Assembly (NCBI GenBank): GCA_965644295.1
Contig: CBFFRP010000414.1
Coordinates: 1 to 64,000 of the forward strand
DNA from: Paraphysomonas bandaiensis
Taxonomy: Eukaryota > Protista > Chrysophyceae
DNA: 64,000 nucleotides
Reading direction: 5' to 3'
This document shows positions 50,876 to 63,976 of this stretch, in pieces. Every line of letters starts with the position of its first letter. The first letter of the stretch is position 1. Both the position numbers and the translations under genes were made by a program. The notes under the pieces are model-generated. The model worked only from the letters and a program-made list of their open reading frames with translations, searched no databases and was not told the DNA's origin.

Positions 50876-51411
50876 GTAATCTACGGATACCGTGAGCAGT
50901 ACTAAGTAAATGGCCTAAAATAAAATAGTATTATTAGATAATATGAGAGGATTAACATATTTGGTAGAAACACAGTAGCTCTAACTGCAGAGGAGTCTTA
51001 CTCTTGCGCAAATCAGTCATAGCAATCTTTGCTCTTCTGAATAATCTTTCAACCATTTTAGTTAAGGCATTCAAGTGCTTCATGCTGCGGTGTCAAGTTT
51101 TCTTGTTTAGGCATGCTCGTTTCCGGTGCCTGTTACCACCAACCAAACCTAATTTGATAATTTTCGTCCGGGTAATTGAGACTTCATCGCCACTTTAAAA
51201 CTTCACGACTGCGCTTTTGAAAGCAGCATTATGAATAATTGTCGCCCAGATGCGCTCGACAATCGGGTGCCATGCTTTATGAGTTCGCCAAACACTGTAC
51301 AAACATCGTGGAGATCGAGCTGATGCTCACCTTCCTTCTGTAGGTCTCTCAGGTAACACCTTACGTTCTACATATTTTCCTTCGCACCACCACATCGCTG
51401 ATAACCTTTCT

Positions 51412-51497
51412 CCCTCAACAAAGTCGGACTCGCACCTTTTCGTGGTGTTCTGGGGGATAAGTACCGGAGATATTTCTCCGGGAAACTAACGTGAGCC
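51412..51497 (+). ncRNA. Putative HDV-like ribozyme (copy B)
   Basis: Same fold as 49707-49792; catalytic-position C at 51486 (ggaaaCtaac). Confidence 0.6.
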
Positions 51498-52636
51498 GCA
51501 AACATAGTCAGCAGATATTCTTCTGCCCACTCATAGCCAAATGCTTGTGTGATACAAGGGCCACCAATAAGTGTCACTTGTGTATAGACGTCTTTGGGTC
51601 CTGACGAATAAACAGGCATCCGGGAATGGGCCCACCTCAAGGGCATCCGGGACAGGGCCCACCAGAAGGGTAACCGGGGTATTGGACTGCCTGCTGAAGT
51701 CAAGCATCCGGGATGTTCACCTTCAGAACTCAAAAAACATGAAGTCAGCAGATGTCAGCTATATCAACATTCTGCTTGCTCCCTGCGTTTGCTTTGAGTG
51801 ATTGATGCTGAGTATGAGTTCACATTATATTCGGTATCTGTGTGGCCAATGACCGACGTAATGCGTCAAACTTTTCTCATGGATGCATGGCAATGGCAAT
51901 GATGTGATTAGACCTGTCAAGTCTTTTCTCACACGTCTACTGCCTAGTCTTGGTTTCTCCTGACCCAGGTCATTGAGATTATATCAAGGCTCTGGCACTC
52001 TTCTCCAAGCAGTGTCAGGTACATTTGTGGTGCTTTTATGATATTCTTGCTTATAGTAGAGGTTTTCATCCGAGCGGGGAAGGTGCACGGTTTCCTACTA
52101 GCGTAAGTCACTCGGGAGAAGAGTGAGTGCAAGGTGGATGCATGTGCTGGACGAGTGCACACAATGGAGGGAAGACATTGGAGTCAGCTTGAATTTGTAA
52201 CAGATTTTGGTAGATGTCTGTTTCATGCGTCAGTGTGCAAAATTGCACCAGACCGCTTCGTGACCGTGAGAAGACCCGGCGCTAGAGCTACTCTACTCTC
52301 CCCTCCAGACTATCTGCAGCTGTGAACACCACCTTTTAAAGAGGGCCCTAAAGATCTGCCGCATGTACAGGAGACATATGCCGAAGACATCGACCGCAAG
52401 TTGTTTGTGTTAGGACAAGTAGATTGGGCAGGGGCGTAGTATGATCCGGCTTAAACACGCAACTTGTCGTATGCCCATGTAGCTAACTAAGTTGTGTTGT
52501 ATAGTTGAGCACTTGTCGGTGCATGCAAGAGTAACTAGATGAGAGTCCTGTTATGCATAGTGTCGCGCAAGTTGTTAGGTCAGTCGCGGCAATGCACAAG
52601 CTTGTTGCGCTTCTTAATAATCTGACATTCAATATA
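51413..52636 (+). mobile_element. Non-autonomous ingi-like retroposon, type B (~1.2 kb)
   Basis: 13-bp TSD gataacctttctc (51400-51412 / 52637-52649); shared ~320-bp head; 3' tail ..cattcaatata; paralog at 62794-63976. Confidence 0.87.
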
Positions 52637-53472
52637 GATAACCTTTCTCTTTCCAGCCACCATGTTTGATATCCCTTCCTTCACCTTTGCCAAGTCTCTA
52701 ATGCAACGCCTTTTGTTGCTTTCATTTATTTTCTCGAAGAACACTCAAGCAATGACTTCTGGGACCAATTATCGATCTTATTGCAAAAAATATAATTTTA
52801 GAACAACTTGCCAGCAGTACAAAATTTTGGTGGTATTTTTGATAAATTAATTGAAGCAAGCTGAGTCAACTATAATTGCAATTATGATTTGCGGTCCCAA
52901 TTTCAATTATTGACAACTTTTTGATACGCAGCTCTGGTGGCATGGGTTTCAAACCGGAATTCTTCATGAGCTTTTCGAATTTTCAATTTTGAATAGTATT
53001 GTAACTACGTATAATGTATTATAATAACAATATATGTATCAAACAAAAAGCCTTAAGTATTTATATCTATTATAATAATTATTAATCTAGCTACCGTCAT
53101 TCACAGCATTGTATAGTTTGTTTACCATTCAAATCCCATTTTCCATATAAAATCTAACAGGCTACAAAATAAAAAAGGAGCAATAAGCATATATCATCTA
53201 TATCGATAGGACCAAAACTACCCATATCGTTTTATGTCACACATAAGTATACACAAAGGTCTTATAAATAAGGAGAACCATATATAGCTGGTTATTACAA
53301 TGACAATAAAAAAACATTTATCTGAATTTATCAACAACTATCTGACTACAGAAATACAATCATAGCAAGGATATGCAGAGTATCCCATACAGAAAATGGT
53401 TTTATCGCGATACACTAAACAGTCCAGTTGACATATCACAGTTGAATGAACATATACATACGATTTAAACTA

Positions 53473-56400
53473 CTACTCGTCTTCCACAACATGTGCACCT
53501 AAATTGTCATCCGTAACACAAGGAGATGACACAATACTAAGCACATCGGCAATTCTAGAGCTCTTCTCGCTGCTTGAACTATTGTCATCAGATATTTCCT
53601 CATCAATAGCAAATGGGGTAGCAGCTGAGAACTTGCGTGTACCTTCGATGGGGTCTTCTGACTTACCCGGGGAGGTCCCCATATTCCCTTTACCCGTATC
53701 CATCCAACTAGTAGGAGAGTTACAGGATCCAAAACTTTCCAATCCATGCTTCTCTTCACCGGTAGATTCAAGAGACAAGTCCGACGAGGACTTGTGCATA
53801 TGCTGTATGAAACTCGCTCCCAACTTAGTAACACAGGAGTTTCTCCTCAAGCCTCTACGCATAGAAGCTCTTCTATTGCTGGAACCTGAGTCTGTGGATG
53901 ATCTACGTGCTCTACGATCATCAGTCTGTACATTAGTCGGACTCGCCGGACCATTATATACAGATAACTTTTTGCTGCCAGCACTCTTCAACGGAGACTG
54001 GAGCAAATGGCGCATGCTAGCTGCAATTCCCATTCGTGGGCGAGACTGCTTGAAGCTTCTATTCTCATTGTAAGAGGCCAGTATATCTCGCCGTCTCTAC
54101 AATAAAGTGCACCAAATAAATACATGAACCGTGTACACGTACGCTTCCCATTACCTGGAGGTCTTCTGTCACTGCGTCGTCCGGGAATATAATTCTATTG
54201 AGGTCACGAATCGACAGCACGCCACTCTTATCCACATCCACTTGATGAAATAGTTTTCGATATTTCTCATCACTGCAGAAAAAATACTTAGTTGGAGATG
54301 GATGTAACAACATTCAAACCTGTAGTGTAATTGAAGAGCTCTGAGCATATCACGGAACTCCGCCTTACTTATGGATCCACTCAAGTCGGTGTCGATTTCG
54401 TTGAATAGGCACCGTAGAACCTTTATTTTGAAGTAGGTAAGCCACTACATTCATTATGTCTTCCCTCACCTGTTTCTGATCACCCACTGCCCCACGGATT
54501 CTGCGGAGAACTTTCTCCCGGAGTTCTTTGCAGAGATTTTCTTTCTCTTCCTCATCCTCAACAATTGTGCCTGTATAACGATGAGCGTGAAAAGCGCACA
54601 ACATTTAGTACACGGAATTCAAACCGTACCAATAACGTCAACATCCAGCTCCGCGATCGCAGAAATCAGTGATGCAATCTTGACGATCTCGCCAATCAGA
54701 GGTATTACCAATACCAATGGAACCAGCCTGAATACATGTATCACAACGAAAACTCCAACTGATCATATACACATAGAGATACTGACATGAGAATCTGCCA
54801 CACCCATGAGTGTGCCAGTGCTCTCTCAACAGCGGTGGCAAAGTTAGAGACCCAGAGTGATAGGTAAAGGGAGTTCAGCATAATCGCAATCTCCACCGTT
54901 CTGTATGAACAAAATTATTCCCAATCGTGAAGAAGATGTATATATATATTTTCAATTCACCTGAAAAACAGTTCTGGACTATCAAAGAGGAAAATAGAGC
55001 TGAAATCTTCACTCAATTTTACGTCCGCATCCTCTGTAGACACCTCATTGTTCTGTACGCGTTTAAAAAAAGACATGCCGAAATTCGTCTTCGGGGTATT
55101 ACCCAACCTCCCAGCGCCCCCGATCATAGCGGATTCATTGGACTTAAGAGTGCTTTTTCTTACTTTCTTTACCATCGATCCAATTGCAGCTGATAAAGAC
55201 GACCGTCGCCCTCTTCCCGCAGGCTTCACTGATCCACTCGGAGTATCCGTTAATGCTTGATCCTCAGAACTAGGAAAAAACGAACGGGACTGAGACTCAG
55301 AATTATCTTCTCGGGGATATTCATTGCTATCAAAAGAAGGGCGCAAAATGAGTTGTCGATGATTGCGTCGGCTTGTGACACTCGGAGACTGAACGGCCAC
55401 AGCTGGAACTGGGGATACTAAAGTATACACATAAAACCGTTTAAACAACTTGATAAAACCTATCATACCTTTTGGCTTTTGCTTAGAACCGCCAATCCAT
55501 ATCTTTAATTTCACTTTTTTCATTCCCTGCTGCAAGCCTCTGAACGACTATGCAACATACATACCCACAGTAAAAACACATAAGACACGCAGTGGGCTTG
55601 TCCCCGTATCTAGAACGATGAATTTTCAAAGTGATGCTTACCTGGCTAAAACCGCCACCCTTTACAGAAAGATTTTTTTTGGCTGGTGACATGCAATTGG
55701 AATAAATCACGGAAAATGTTGCACCAGACATGCTTACGTTTACTGGTGCCAAAATGCTTTATAATGTTCTTCCTCTTTTCTTTCTGTCGGTTAGGCATCT
55801 TTACTTCGACTAGCCTCTCTTCATCAGCCTTCACAAACACGTAATGCTCAAAATAATATATTCATATAATATATTACGGAATCGACCTTGAGGTGATTGG
55901 CTTCCACAAAGCTGAGGAAGTCCTCGTAGTCATCTGTACATACCACTCCAGCCCTCGCCATTAGCCTATCACAAAATTCGTTACCACATTTGCGACAAAC
56001 TGCAAGCAGCTGATACTTACTGCTCTTCGTAGAACTTTCCCATGAAATATAGAGTCAATACGTAGGCACATATGAATATTCCACTAGCAAAGAAAAGATT
56101 CAAGTGCTGCCTGGTGCATTTGTCTGAAACCTCCCGTAGTTGTCTTCCGGTATACGAATAGTCGTTGGTCCAGGGGGAATCTCCATTGAATTGGTAAGAC
56201 GATGAAATCTCTGAGTCTGCAGTATAGATATGGCTGATTTTCTCGCACGACACGTAGCAGGACACTCACCTTGTTCTTTTTCGTCAACATATTTAAACCC
56301 TTCACAGTTGCCAAACTCGTTGCCAAGGAAATTCATGCGTATGTAGTTCACTCCACACAGTATAATCATGACAACCCAGCTGGAGTTCTCCACGTTAATC

Positions 56401-56990
56401 AGTTTTAGCGAATAGCGTGCAAGACACCCGCTTAGATAGGCGCCATAATCGAAGTCTCCCGGTAACCAATACGTATTCCGAAAGAGTGCGTATATGATCT
56501 TGAACTCGACGATATGACGCTTGGGTGAGAGCGGTAAATAGCGCAATGTAAACAGGTACCAACCAATCCAGGTCTCTTGTGCCCGTCCACATATCTCTAA
56601 CGTGTCCGCAAGAGACATAGAATGCAGTCGAGAATAAGTATTTGACGTCATCATTGAAACAGCCATTATATAGAGAGAATGCGCCACTATAAATATTGCA
56701 ACAAAGAAAAGAACGTACCCCACAAAGTCTATTGCCATAAACCAGGAATCTGTTGAACTAGGATGTTTTGTCGCTTGATACATTGCAACAGCGAATGAAA
56801 CAAACCCCATAATCATAAGTTCTTTATATATTTTTTGAAGCATTTGATTGTATATGGTGGAACCTTTCAATGCTGCTTCAGCTAATCGAGTTAAATTTTC
56901 AAATGTAACAAGAAATAAAATTGTTCCAACAAATGCAATTGATGCAACATCACCATCAACTTTACTTAATATACCAAATTTGAATGGCAT
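53473..56990 (-). CDS. MLO-like multi-TM protein with C-terminal EF-hand pair, multi-exon
   Basis: MLQKIYKELMIMGFVSF (MLO signature L.KIKEELM..GF.S), FDYGAYL, a Cys-containing extracellular loop, and later EF-hand loops ..SGSISKAEF and DVDKSGVLSIRDL. Confidence 0.78.
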
Positions 56991-57613
56991 TTTAATATAA
57001 AGTTACAATGAGATGGCTCGCTATATAGTCATACGTCTGTTCAAGATACTCTCATTATAAGTGATGATAAGAGGAATTAACATTGATGAAGTATCAGTAT
57101 GTTTGACTTGAACCATTAGTTCTCTACTGATCATAAGGATGGTCTGTAATTCGTACTCTACCATATATATATATGTCTCTATATCGTCACATGAACGTTC
57201 TAGTAGTGTGGACATGTGGAGATCGTATGTACAGACAGCACTGTGAGATCTACACACACTGCAACACCATTCAAATGAAACTGTCAAGAAGGGAAAGAGA
57301 AAAATCAAAATTTCGTTTTTTTTAATGTTTACAATTTTTATTGTTAGATATGAAAGTATACGTTTAATGGATATAAAAAAATGTAATTTTGTCAATATAA
57401 AGTTGTAATTTAGAAAAAAAAATATCCGGAATTCCCTTTTTATTTTCCCATCAGTATACCGTACACAGTATACTCTGTATATACTGCTGTATTAACAAAC
57501 AGAGTACGATATCGTAGTGCACAGTATACGATTATATCGGTGCATATTCTAGACATACACTGCAGTGTGGGAGTATATAAACACCATACCATACACTCCA
57601 TACTCTAGCTATG

Positions 57614-57715
57614 CAGCCCCACTATACTCTACCATATACAGCCCCACTATACTCTACCATATACAGCCCCACTATACTCTACCATATACAGCCCCACTAT
57701 ACTATACCATATACA
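57614..57715. repeat. 25-bp minisatellite x~4 (cagccccactatactctaccatata)
   Basis: Direct reading. Confidence 0.9.
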
Positions 57716-57959
57716 GGCCTATATACAGGCCCTCTCTATACAGCAGGCCTCATAGCAGTACAGTACGGCAGTACAGCATCTGGCTGCAGCATGAAAATAT
57801 TGGAGGCTCCGACCTGCCCCATAAAGATCATACATACATACATTCTCTCATCATCCCTCTCGACATCAACACTTCTCATGTATGTTATACTATAAATAAC
57901 TCCCTGATATCACTCTTCTTTCCCCTCTATCTCATATATAAATATACACATAGATCTCA

Positions 57960-60926
57960 ATGAATCCAATAGACACACCATCCAACCCATCAACCAACTC
58001 ATCCAACCCATCAACCAACTCATCAACCAACTCATCCAACCCATCAATCAACTCATCAACCAACTCATCCAACCCATCAACCAACTCATCCAACCCATCA
58101 ACCAACTCATCCAATCCATCCAATCCAATGGAAACATTATCAATTAGTCATCAAAATAAAATACAAAAACTTGTAATGAAACTTTATTGTTTACCATACT
58201 GTGCAGAGTTTCGTGAACCCGTACAAATCATGTACCCTCATCTCCTCGAGCCTTATCTCGAGGTCATTAAGACTCCAATGGATCTTGGTTCAATCTTATT
58301 AAAAATTAAACAAAATAAATATAAAACATTAACAGAATGTTCTAAAGATATTTCACTTGTATTTAATAATGCCATATTATTTAATGGTGATCTTTCGAAT
58401 TTAGTTTCAATGTCAAAACATCTTCTTGCGTTTACTCGAAGTCTTTGGCATGAAGTTATGCGTATTCCATTCGATGAATCTTCTGAAACCAATTCCAATT
58501 TTAATGAGATGATGATGATGGAAAGGAAGGCAAACTATTCGTTTGTGAGAAATAGGAACATGAATATTGAGGAAATTCAGTTCTTGCAGAAGTCTGTTGA
58601 GTCCGAGTTGGAATCAAATGGTGTGTTTTCGAAATGCGTAGAAGCCACTCTAGGATACTGCCAAGAGTCCAACGCAGTAACTCTTGCCAAGATCATGAAT
58701 GTTTGGGTGTCAGAACTCTGTGATGCTTATCCTATGCCTGACTCTGATTCTAATCCAGACGAAATCAGCAAATCTGTAACGTATCCCACGATAGTGTTTC
58801 TGGACTCAGAACTTTCATCGCGGGCGTTTTCTCCATCTCGTATAGAATATATTTATCGCCAACTTTCCTCAGAAAAGTTGGCAACGCTTGAAGCACTTGA
58901 CAGTATTGTGGGCGAGTTAAGCGTTGTATTGTACGAAAAGGCGACTCGGGGATTCAGCATTAGTTCCATATGGGCACAGCCGCACGATGTTGTCTGGGCG
59001 CAGCCGTTCAAGTCTCCATGGTGGCCAGGTATGGTGTTAGCGGGAGGAACCGTACCCAAACCGATAGAGGACGTCAATATATCTCGTCTACCGGATCAGA
59101 TTGTTAGGGCGCTGTCTAAATTGAAACCGAAAACTAGGGAGAACCTCAACAGTACTAGCTTTGTGCCGGCTGGCATGGTTCTTGTCGAGTTTTTTGGATC
59201 GCACGACTTTGGGTGGGTCCGGTGTGACGCACTGTTCCCCCTTCCTCCGGATGCCTCACTCTCTGTCCCTCCTTCCATGAAGGAGAAGAGGGAAGGTCTT
59301 GGGGGTGAGAAGAGTACACATGACGGGTCTGCACTCCGGGAGGCGAGAGAAGGGTATGTTGTGATGCAGGAGGAGGATGGAATTCCAACATCTCTAAGTG
59401 ATACACCGCCTCCTGACTTCCTTGATGTGCTGGAGAGAAAGCAGGAGAGTCTCCAGCTTCTCATGGTGTCTCGTCAGCAGTCCCAAACAGCTCCGAAGAA
59501 GCGAAGGAAGAGTTTAGCTTCGTCAGGAGAAGAAGGAAGTCAGCCCAATAAAAAAACGAAAAAGGTGGATTTAGATGAGGAGCAGGAGAATATCAGCTGG
59601 GCGTCTGATACAGCAGGGAGAAAACTGTTCAAATCACATTCGGGCAATTCTGTGTACGTATTTTATGTCATGTCTTGTTACTCGCATGAAGTGGATAGTC
59701 TATAGTAATATGCACGTGAAATCCACTTCGGTAATTTGCTCACTCGTCACGTCAACAGGTCGGAGAACAAAAAACAAGCAGCCGTAATTGAAGCCAGAAG
59801 AATGGCTATACAGTTTCAACTGTACCGCTTAGTTGTTCCAGCGCCGATGTATCGTGGGAGGCCTAGTAGTGATTCTCTATTGCACCGTTCAAATTCGGAT
59901 AGTACTCTACCGATGGACCCACCAACTGACCCACCCATACTGCTTACTACCTCTATTGAAGGCAGCAGCTATGAAGAGGAGAGTGCTGAAGGTGGGGATG
60001 AGAATAGTGCCTCCAACATGTCCACTTGTGACGACGAAGTTGCCCCGGGTGGCTCTGTATCGAACAAGAAACGCCGTAGGCGCAGGCGTGGATGTAGCAA
60101 CAGTGATGTACACTCTTTCAGTGCACTATCTGCTCAGGAACAGGTGATGAGCGTATTCTTCGTGTAAAATGGCACAGCGTATTTATACTGTGTATCCGCT
60201 TCATGTATGAATGAGATAGTCCATCAACCTCTATTCTGCTGGGGTGTACTACTTATTATGCCTCTTTCGTGAATGTCTGTTATTTGTGTTTGTCTTCCTC
60301 TGCAGAGTCTGTCGGCCTTCTATGGATGCGCCCGACTGGTGAACCACAAGCGAGGGAAGAGCACAACTTGCCCGGTATTACATTCTCGAGATGTTAATCC
60401 TAATGCGGTAGTGTTTTGTTTGGAGTCCCGGTCTTGTAAAGAGAGAAAGGAGTTACTGCGCCAGGAGCTAGCCAGGTCCTTCCTTCATATGTTTGATTTC
60501 ATAACTTGATCCAAAATTCTTTTTTGTAGGCTGACGAGGGAACTCGATAGTATGAAAGCTCTTCTAGCTAAAGCGCCTAACCCTTCTCCAAGCAAGGGTG
60601 GTTCCAAGAGTTCGCGGATCCGCAAGATGAAGAAAGCGAATGCCGATAAATCCATCCCCGGTACTGCTACGGCTCATGGGAAAGCGAGAAATAGAACGCC
60701 AAAGCTCAGTGGGGGTGCTGGTGGTAGCAAGAAGCCAAACAGTGCGGTGGTGAGTCTGTCCCTTCTTGAGTTATGGTACCTTATATCTTACACACAGACT
60801 CCGAAGTCACCACCGGCGGTGGTGGAGGCAGCGAAGCAGAAGGACCAACCGGAAGAAACCACACAATCCAGTTCTTCCCTTTCAGATTCCTATACCTCAG
60901 CCATGAGTATGATGCCTTTTCTGTAA
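57960..60926 (+). CDS. Bromodomain + PWWP chromatin reader with an N-terminal (NPSTNSS)n repeat, multi-exon
   Basis: FREPV..YLEVIKTPMDL..VFNNAILFN (bromodomain); VVWAQPFKSPWWPG..LVEFFGSHDFGWV (PWWP); NLS-like PKKRRK. Confidence 0.85.
57980..58125 (+). repeat. Coding tandem repeat (catccaacccatcaaccaact variants) encoding NPSTNSS
   Basis: Direct reading; 21-nt and 33-nt units in frame. Confidence 0.9.
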
Positions 60927-61349
60927 CGAAAGTATCCAGCGAGCAATTATAATGTATGTATCATGCAGTGCCAGCTTTGTGTGCCGTGGACGATGCAAGT
61001 TGGTAAATAAAAATTCTTATTGTTGTGTTAATTGTCACATGATGTTGTATTATCTACCGTGTAGAGGCTATTTATTGCAGTCAGTATTGCACACTATTTG
61101 TACTGTACGTAATGCAAGCGATACAAACATTCCTGACCTGTAAGGAATATGAATTTATTGAAACTTATTAGTAAAAACATATCTGCTTTGCTACTACATC
61201 AATTAATTAGAACAGCAAACTCAAGATATTAGATCAGAAGTTAACATTGTTCTACACCCCATACTTACTTCCACTAACTTTCTTTCTTGCACGCGATGTA
61301 CTTTAAAAAGAAGTATAATATTCATGTAACATCTGTTTACTCTCCTTTA

Positions 61350-61620
61350 CCCTTAACTCAAAGTCGGACTCGCACCTATTCGTGGTGTTCTGGGGGATAA
61401 GCACATAAGTACCGGAAATATTTCTCCGGGAAATTAACGAGAGCCGCATAAAAAGTCAGCGGATAACGTTCTACCCGCTCATAGCCACATGTTTGTGTGA
61501 TACAAGGGACACTAATACAAGTGTCACTTGTGTATAGACGTCTTTGAGTGGTAGAACAAAAGTGGATGCACCTTGGTGCTTGCAGTGATGCACAAGCAGC
61601 TTTCGTAATAGGATATAATA
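61350..61620 (+). mobile_element. Internally deleted copy (D) of the ribozyme-headed retroposon
   Basis: cccttaactcaaagtcggactcgcacctattcgtggtg..; lacks the GC-rich 27-bp repeats; no TSD found. Confidence 0.75.
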
Positions 61621-61958
61621 TATGGGATTAATGGGTGAAGATGATGTAAGAAAAACAGAAGTAAAGAAAATTATCAGAGTTAAGCACTAGTTTTAGTCAA
61701 ATTTTAATGCTAAATTATTTCTGACTCTTAAAAGTCTATTATTACTATAATAATATATTTCTTTACTTCTGTTTCTTACATATTATCTTCTCCCTTTAAT
61801 CCCATATCAATTATATTATTATATTTTATCTGATATATATTCTATATCGACACACATCAGTAACCAAATTTACTTATTTTTTGTTACTATTACGGGTTGC
61901 TTCTTTCCTTTAATGCATACTATTACTTATTAATAAACATGAACTCACTTCAATTTTT

Positions 61959-62040
61959 CATAATATTTATATAATAATATAATATCATTACTATCATAAT
62001 ATTTATATAATAATATAATATCATTATTATCATAATATTT
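61959..62040. repeat. AT-rich tandem duplication (~36 bp x2)
   Basis: tcataatatttatataataatataatatcatta repeated. Confidence 0.8.
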
Positions 62041-62793
62041 AAAAGTATCAACATTTGCAACCTTACTAAAATCTAGTCTACTACAGTGAGGGAAGAAGCA
62101 ACAACCTATAATAATATCATTGCTCCGGCACAGCGATTGACCATAATAATAAAAAGCAAAAAGGAAAACAACGCTAAAAATATATTGAAATTAATCGCAA
62201 AATTGTCAGACACCGTTGAAAGAAATCGGTAAGAAAGTCAATTTTAGGAATTTGGCAAGGAGTAGTGTTCACTACGTCTTTTAGTTACGTTCAATTATTT
62301 ATTTTGAGAAGTAGAGAATTGACGTTCCCGTTATAGTTAACAACGGGTTATGTGGAGGCTATATACTGTACTGCGTTCTAAACTTCTAAACAAAAAGCCT
62401 GAGTTTTAAAATTGGACAAGGGGTTATTATCCTCATGAAAACCGAATATATCTAGAATGCATAAAGTCGATGACATAAAATAGTGCTATCTATGTATTAT
62501 AACTAACTAAAAATACTTACAAAAGCGATAATTAGCTGAACTTCTGACATATTCACTAAAAAATAATAATAGATGCTGAATCAACTGCACCTGTGTTTAC
62601 TCACCACTCCTTATTAGTGGGTTCCGCAATATAACCCCACCTCGGAGTACACAGTTTCTTTCTAATGGAAGGGATATGAGTCATATACTATAATATCCTG
62701 GTGGGCAACATTCAATATTTAGTACATTACACAAACAATCATAATCTATTAGCAAATTGTAGCTTGCTTGCTGTTGAAATATAGGTGCTCCCT

Positions 62794-63976
62794 CCCTCAA
62801 CAAAGTCGGACTCACATCTTTTCGTGGTGTTCTGGGGGATAAGTACAGTAGGAAACTGATGTGAGCCGCATACTATATAGTCGGCAGATATTGTTCTGCC
62901 CACTCGTATACCCTCTAATGGTTGTGTGGTACAAAAAGGACACTAAGAGAAGTGTCACTTGTGTAGAATAAACAGGCATTTGGGACAGGGCCCACCTGAA
63001 TGGTAACCGGGGTATAGGGCTGCCTGCTGAAGTTAACCATCCGGGATGTTCACCTTCAGAACTCAAAAAACATGAAGTCAGCAGATGTCAGGTATATCAA
63101 CATTCTGCTTGCTCACTGCGTTTGCTTTGAGTGATTGATGCTGAGTATGAGTTCACATTATTTTTTGGTATCTGTGTGGCCAATGACCGACGTAATATAT
63201 GCGTCAAACTTTCCTCATGGATGCATGCATGGCAATGATGTGACTAAACCTGTCATGTCTTTTTACACGTCTACTGCCTAGTCTTGGTTTCTCCTGACCC
63301 AGGTCATTGAGATTATATCAAGGCTCTGGCACTCTTCTCCAAGCAGTGTCAGGTACATTGGTGTGTGCTTTAATGTTATTTCTTACTTAATAAGTTTTTA
63401 TCGGAGCCGAGAAGGTGCACGGTTTACTACTAGCGTAAGTCACTCGGGTGAAGAGTGAGTGCAAGGTGGATGCATGTGCTAGACGAGTGCACATACATAA
63501 TGGAGGGAAGACATTTTGGAGTCAGCTTGCATTTGTAACAGATTTTGGGAGACATCTCTTTCATGCGTTAGCGTGCAAAAATGCACTAGACCGCTTCGTG
63601 ACCGTGAGAGGACCCGGCGCTAGAGCTACTCTACTCTCCCCTCCAGACTATCTGCAGCTGTGAACACCACCTTTTAAAGAGGGCCCTAAAGATCTGCCGC
63701 ATGTACAGGAGACATATGCCGAAGACATTGACCGCAAGTTGTTTGTGTTAGGACAAGTAGATTGGGCAGGGGCGTAGTATGATCCGGCTTAAACACGCAA
63801 CTTGTCGTATGCCCATGTAGCTAACTAAGTTGTGTTGTATAGTTGAACACTTGTCGGTGCATGCAATATAGTAACTAGATGAGAGTCATGTTATGCTTAG
63901 TGTCGCGCGAGTTGTTAGGTTGGTCGCGGCAACACACAAGCTTGCGCTTCTTAAAAATCAGATTTTCAATAATAAT
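62794..63976 (+). mobile_element. Non-autonomous ingi-like retroposon, type B copy C
   Basis: 9-bp TSD gtgctccct (62785-62793 / 63977-63985); aligns end to end with 51413-52636; tail ..ttttcaataataat. Confidence 0.87.

Larger units (their letters stand above)
50990..52936 (-). mobile_element. Decayed hAT transposon with transposase remnant, interrupted by retroposon copy B
   Basis: TIR cagagctgcgtatcaa at 52936 (minus). Minus-strand 51350-51000 reads LQKEG..LDLHDVCTVFGELI..IIHNAAFKSAVVK*..MVERLFRRAKIAMTDLRKS. The far TIR was not found. Confidence 0.7.

Noticed and set aside
51368-51733. 121-aa ORF and related ORFs at 62812-63066, 52134-52325 and 63448-63663
   Set aside because: They lie within the non-coding repeat, and frames are not conserved between copies.
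57614-58125. Short periodic repeats as a possible CRISPR array
   Set aside because: There are no unique spacers or cas genes in this eukaryotic context; these are a minisatellite and a coding repeat.
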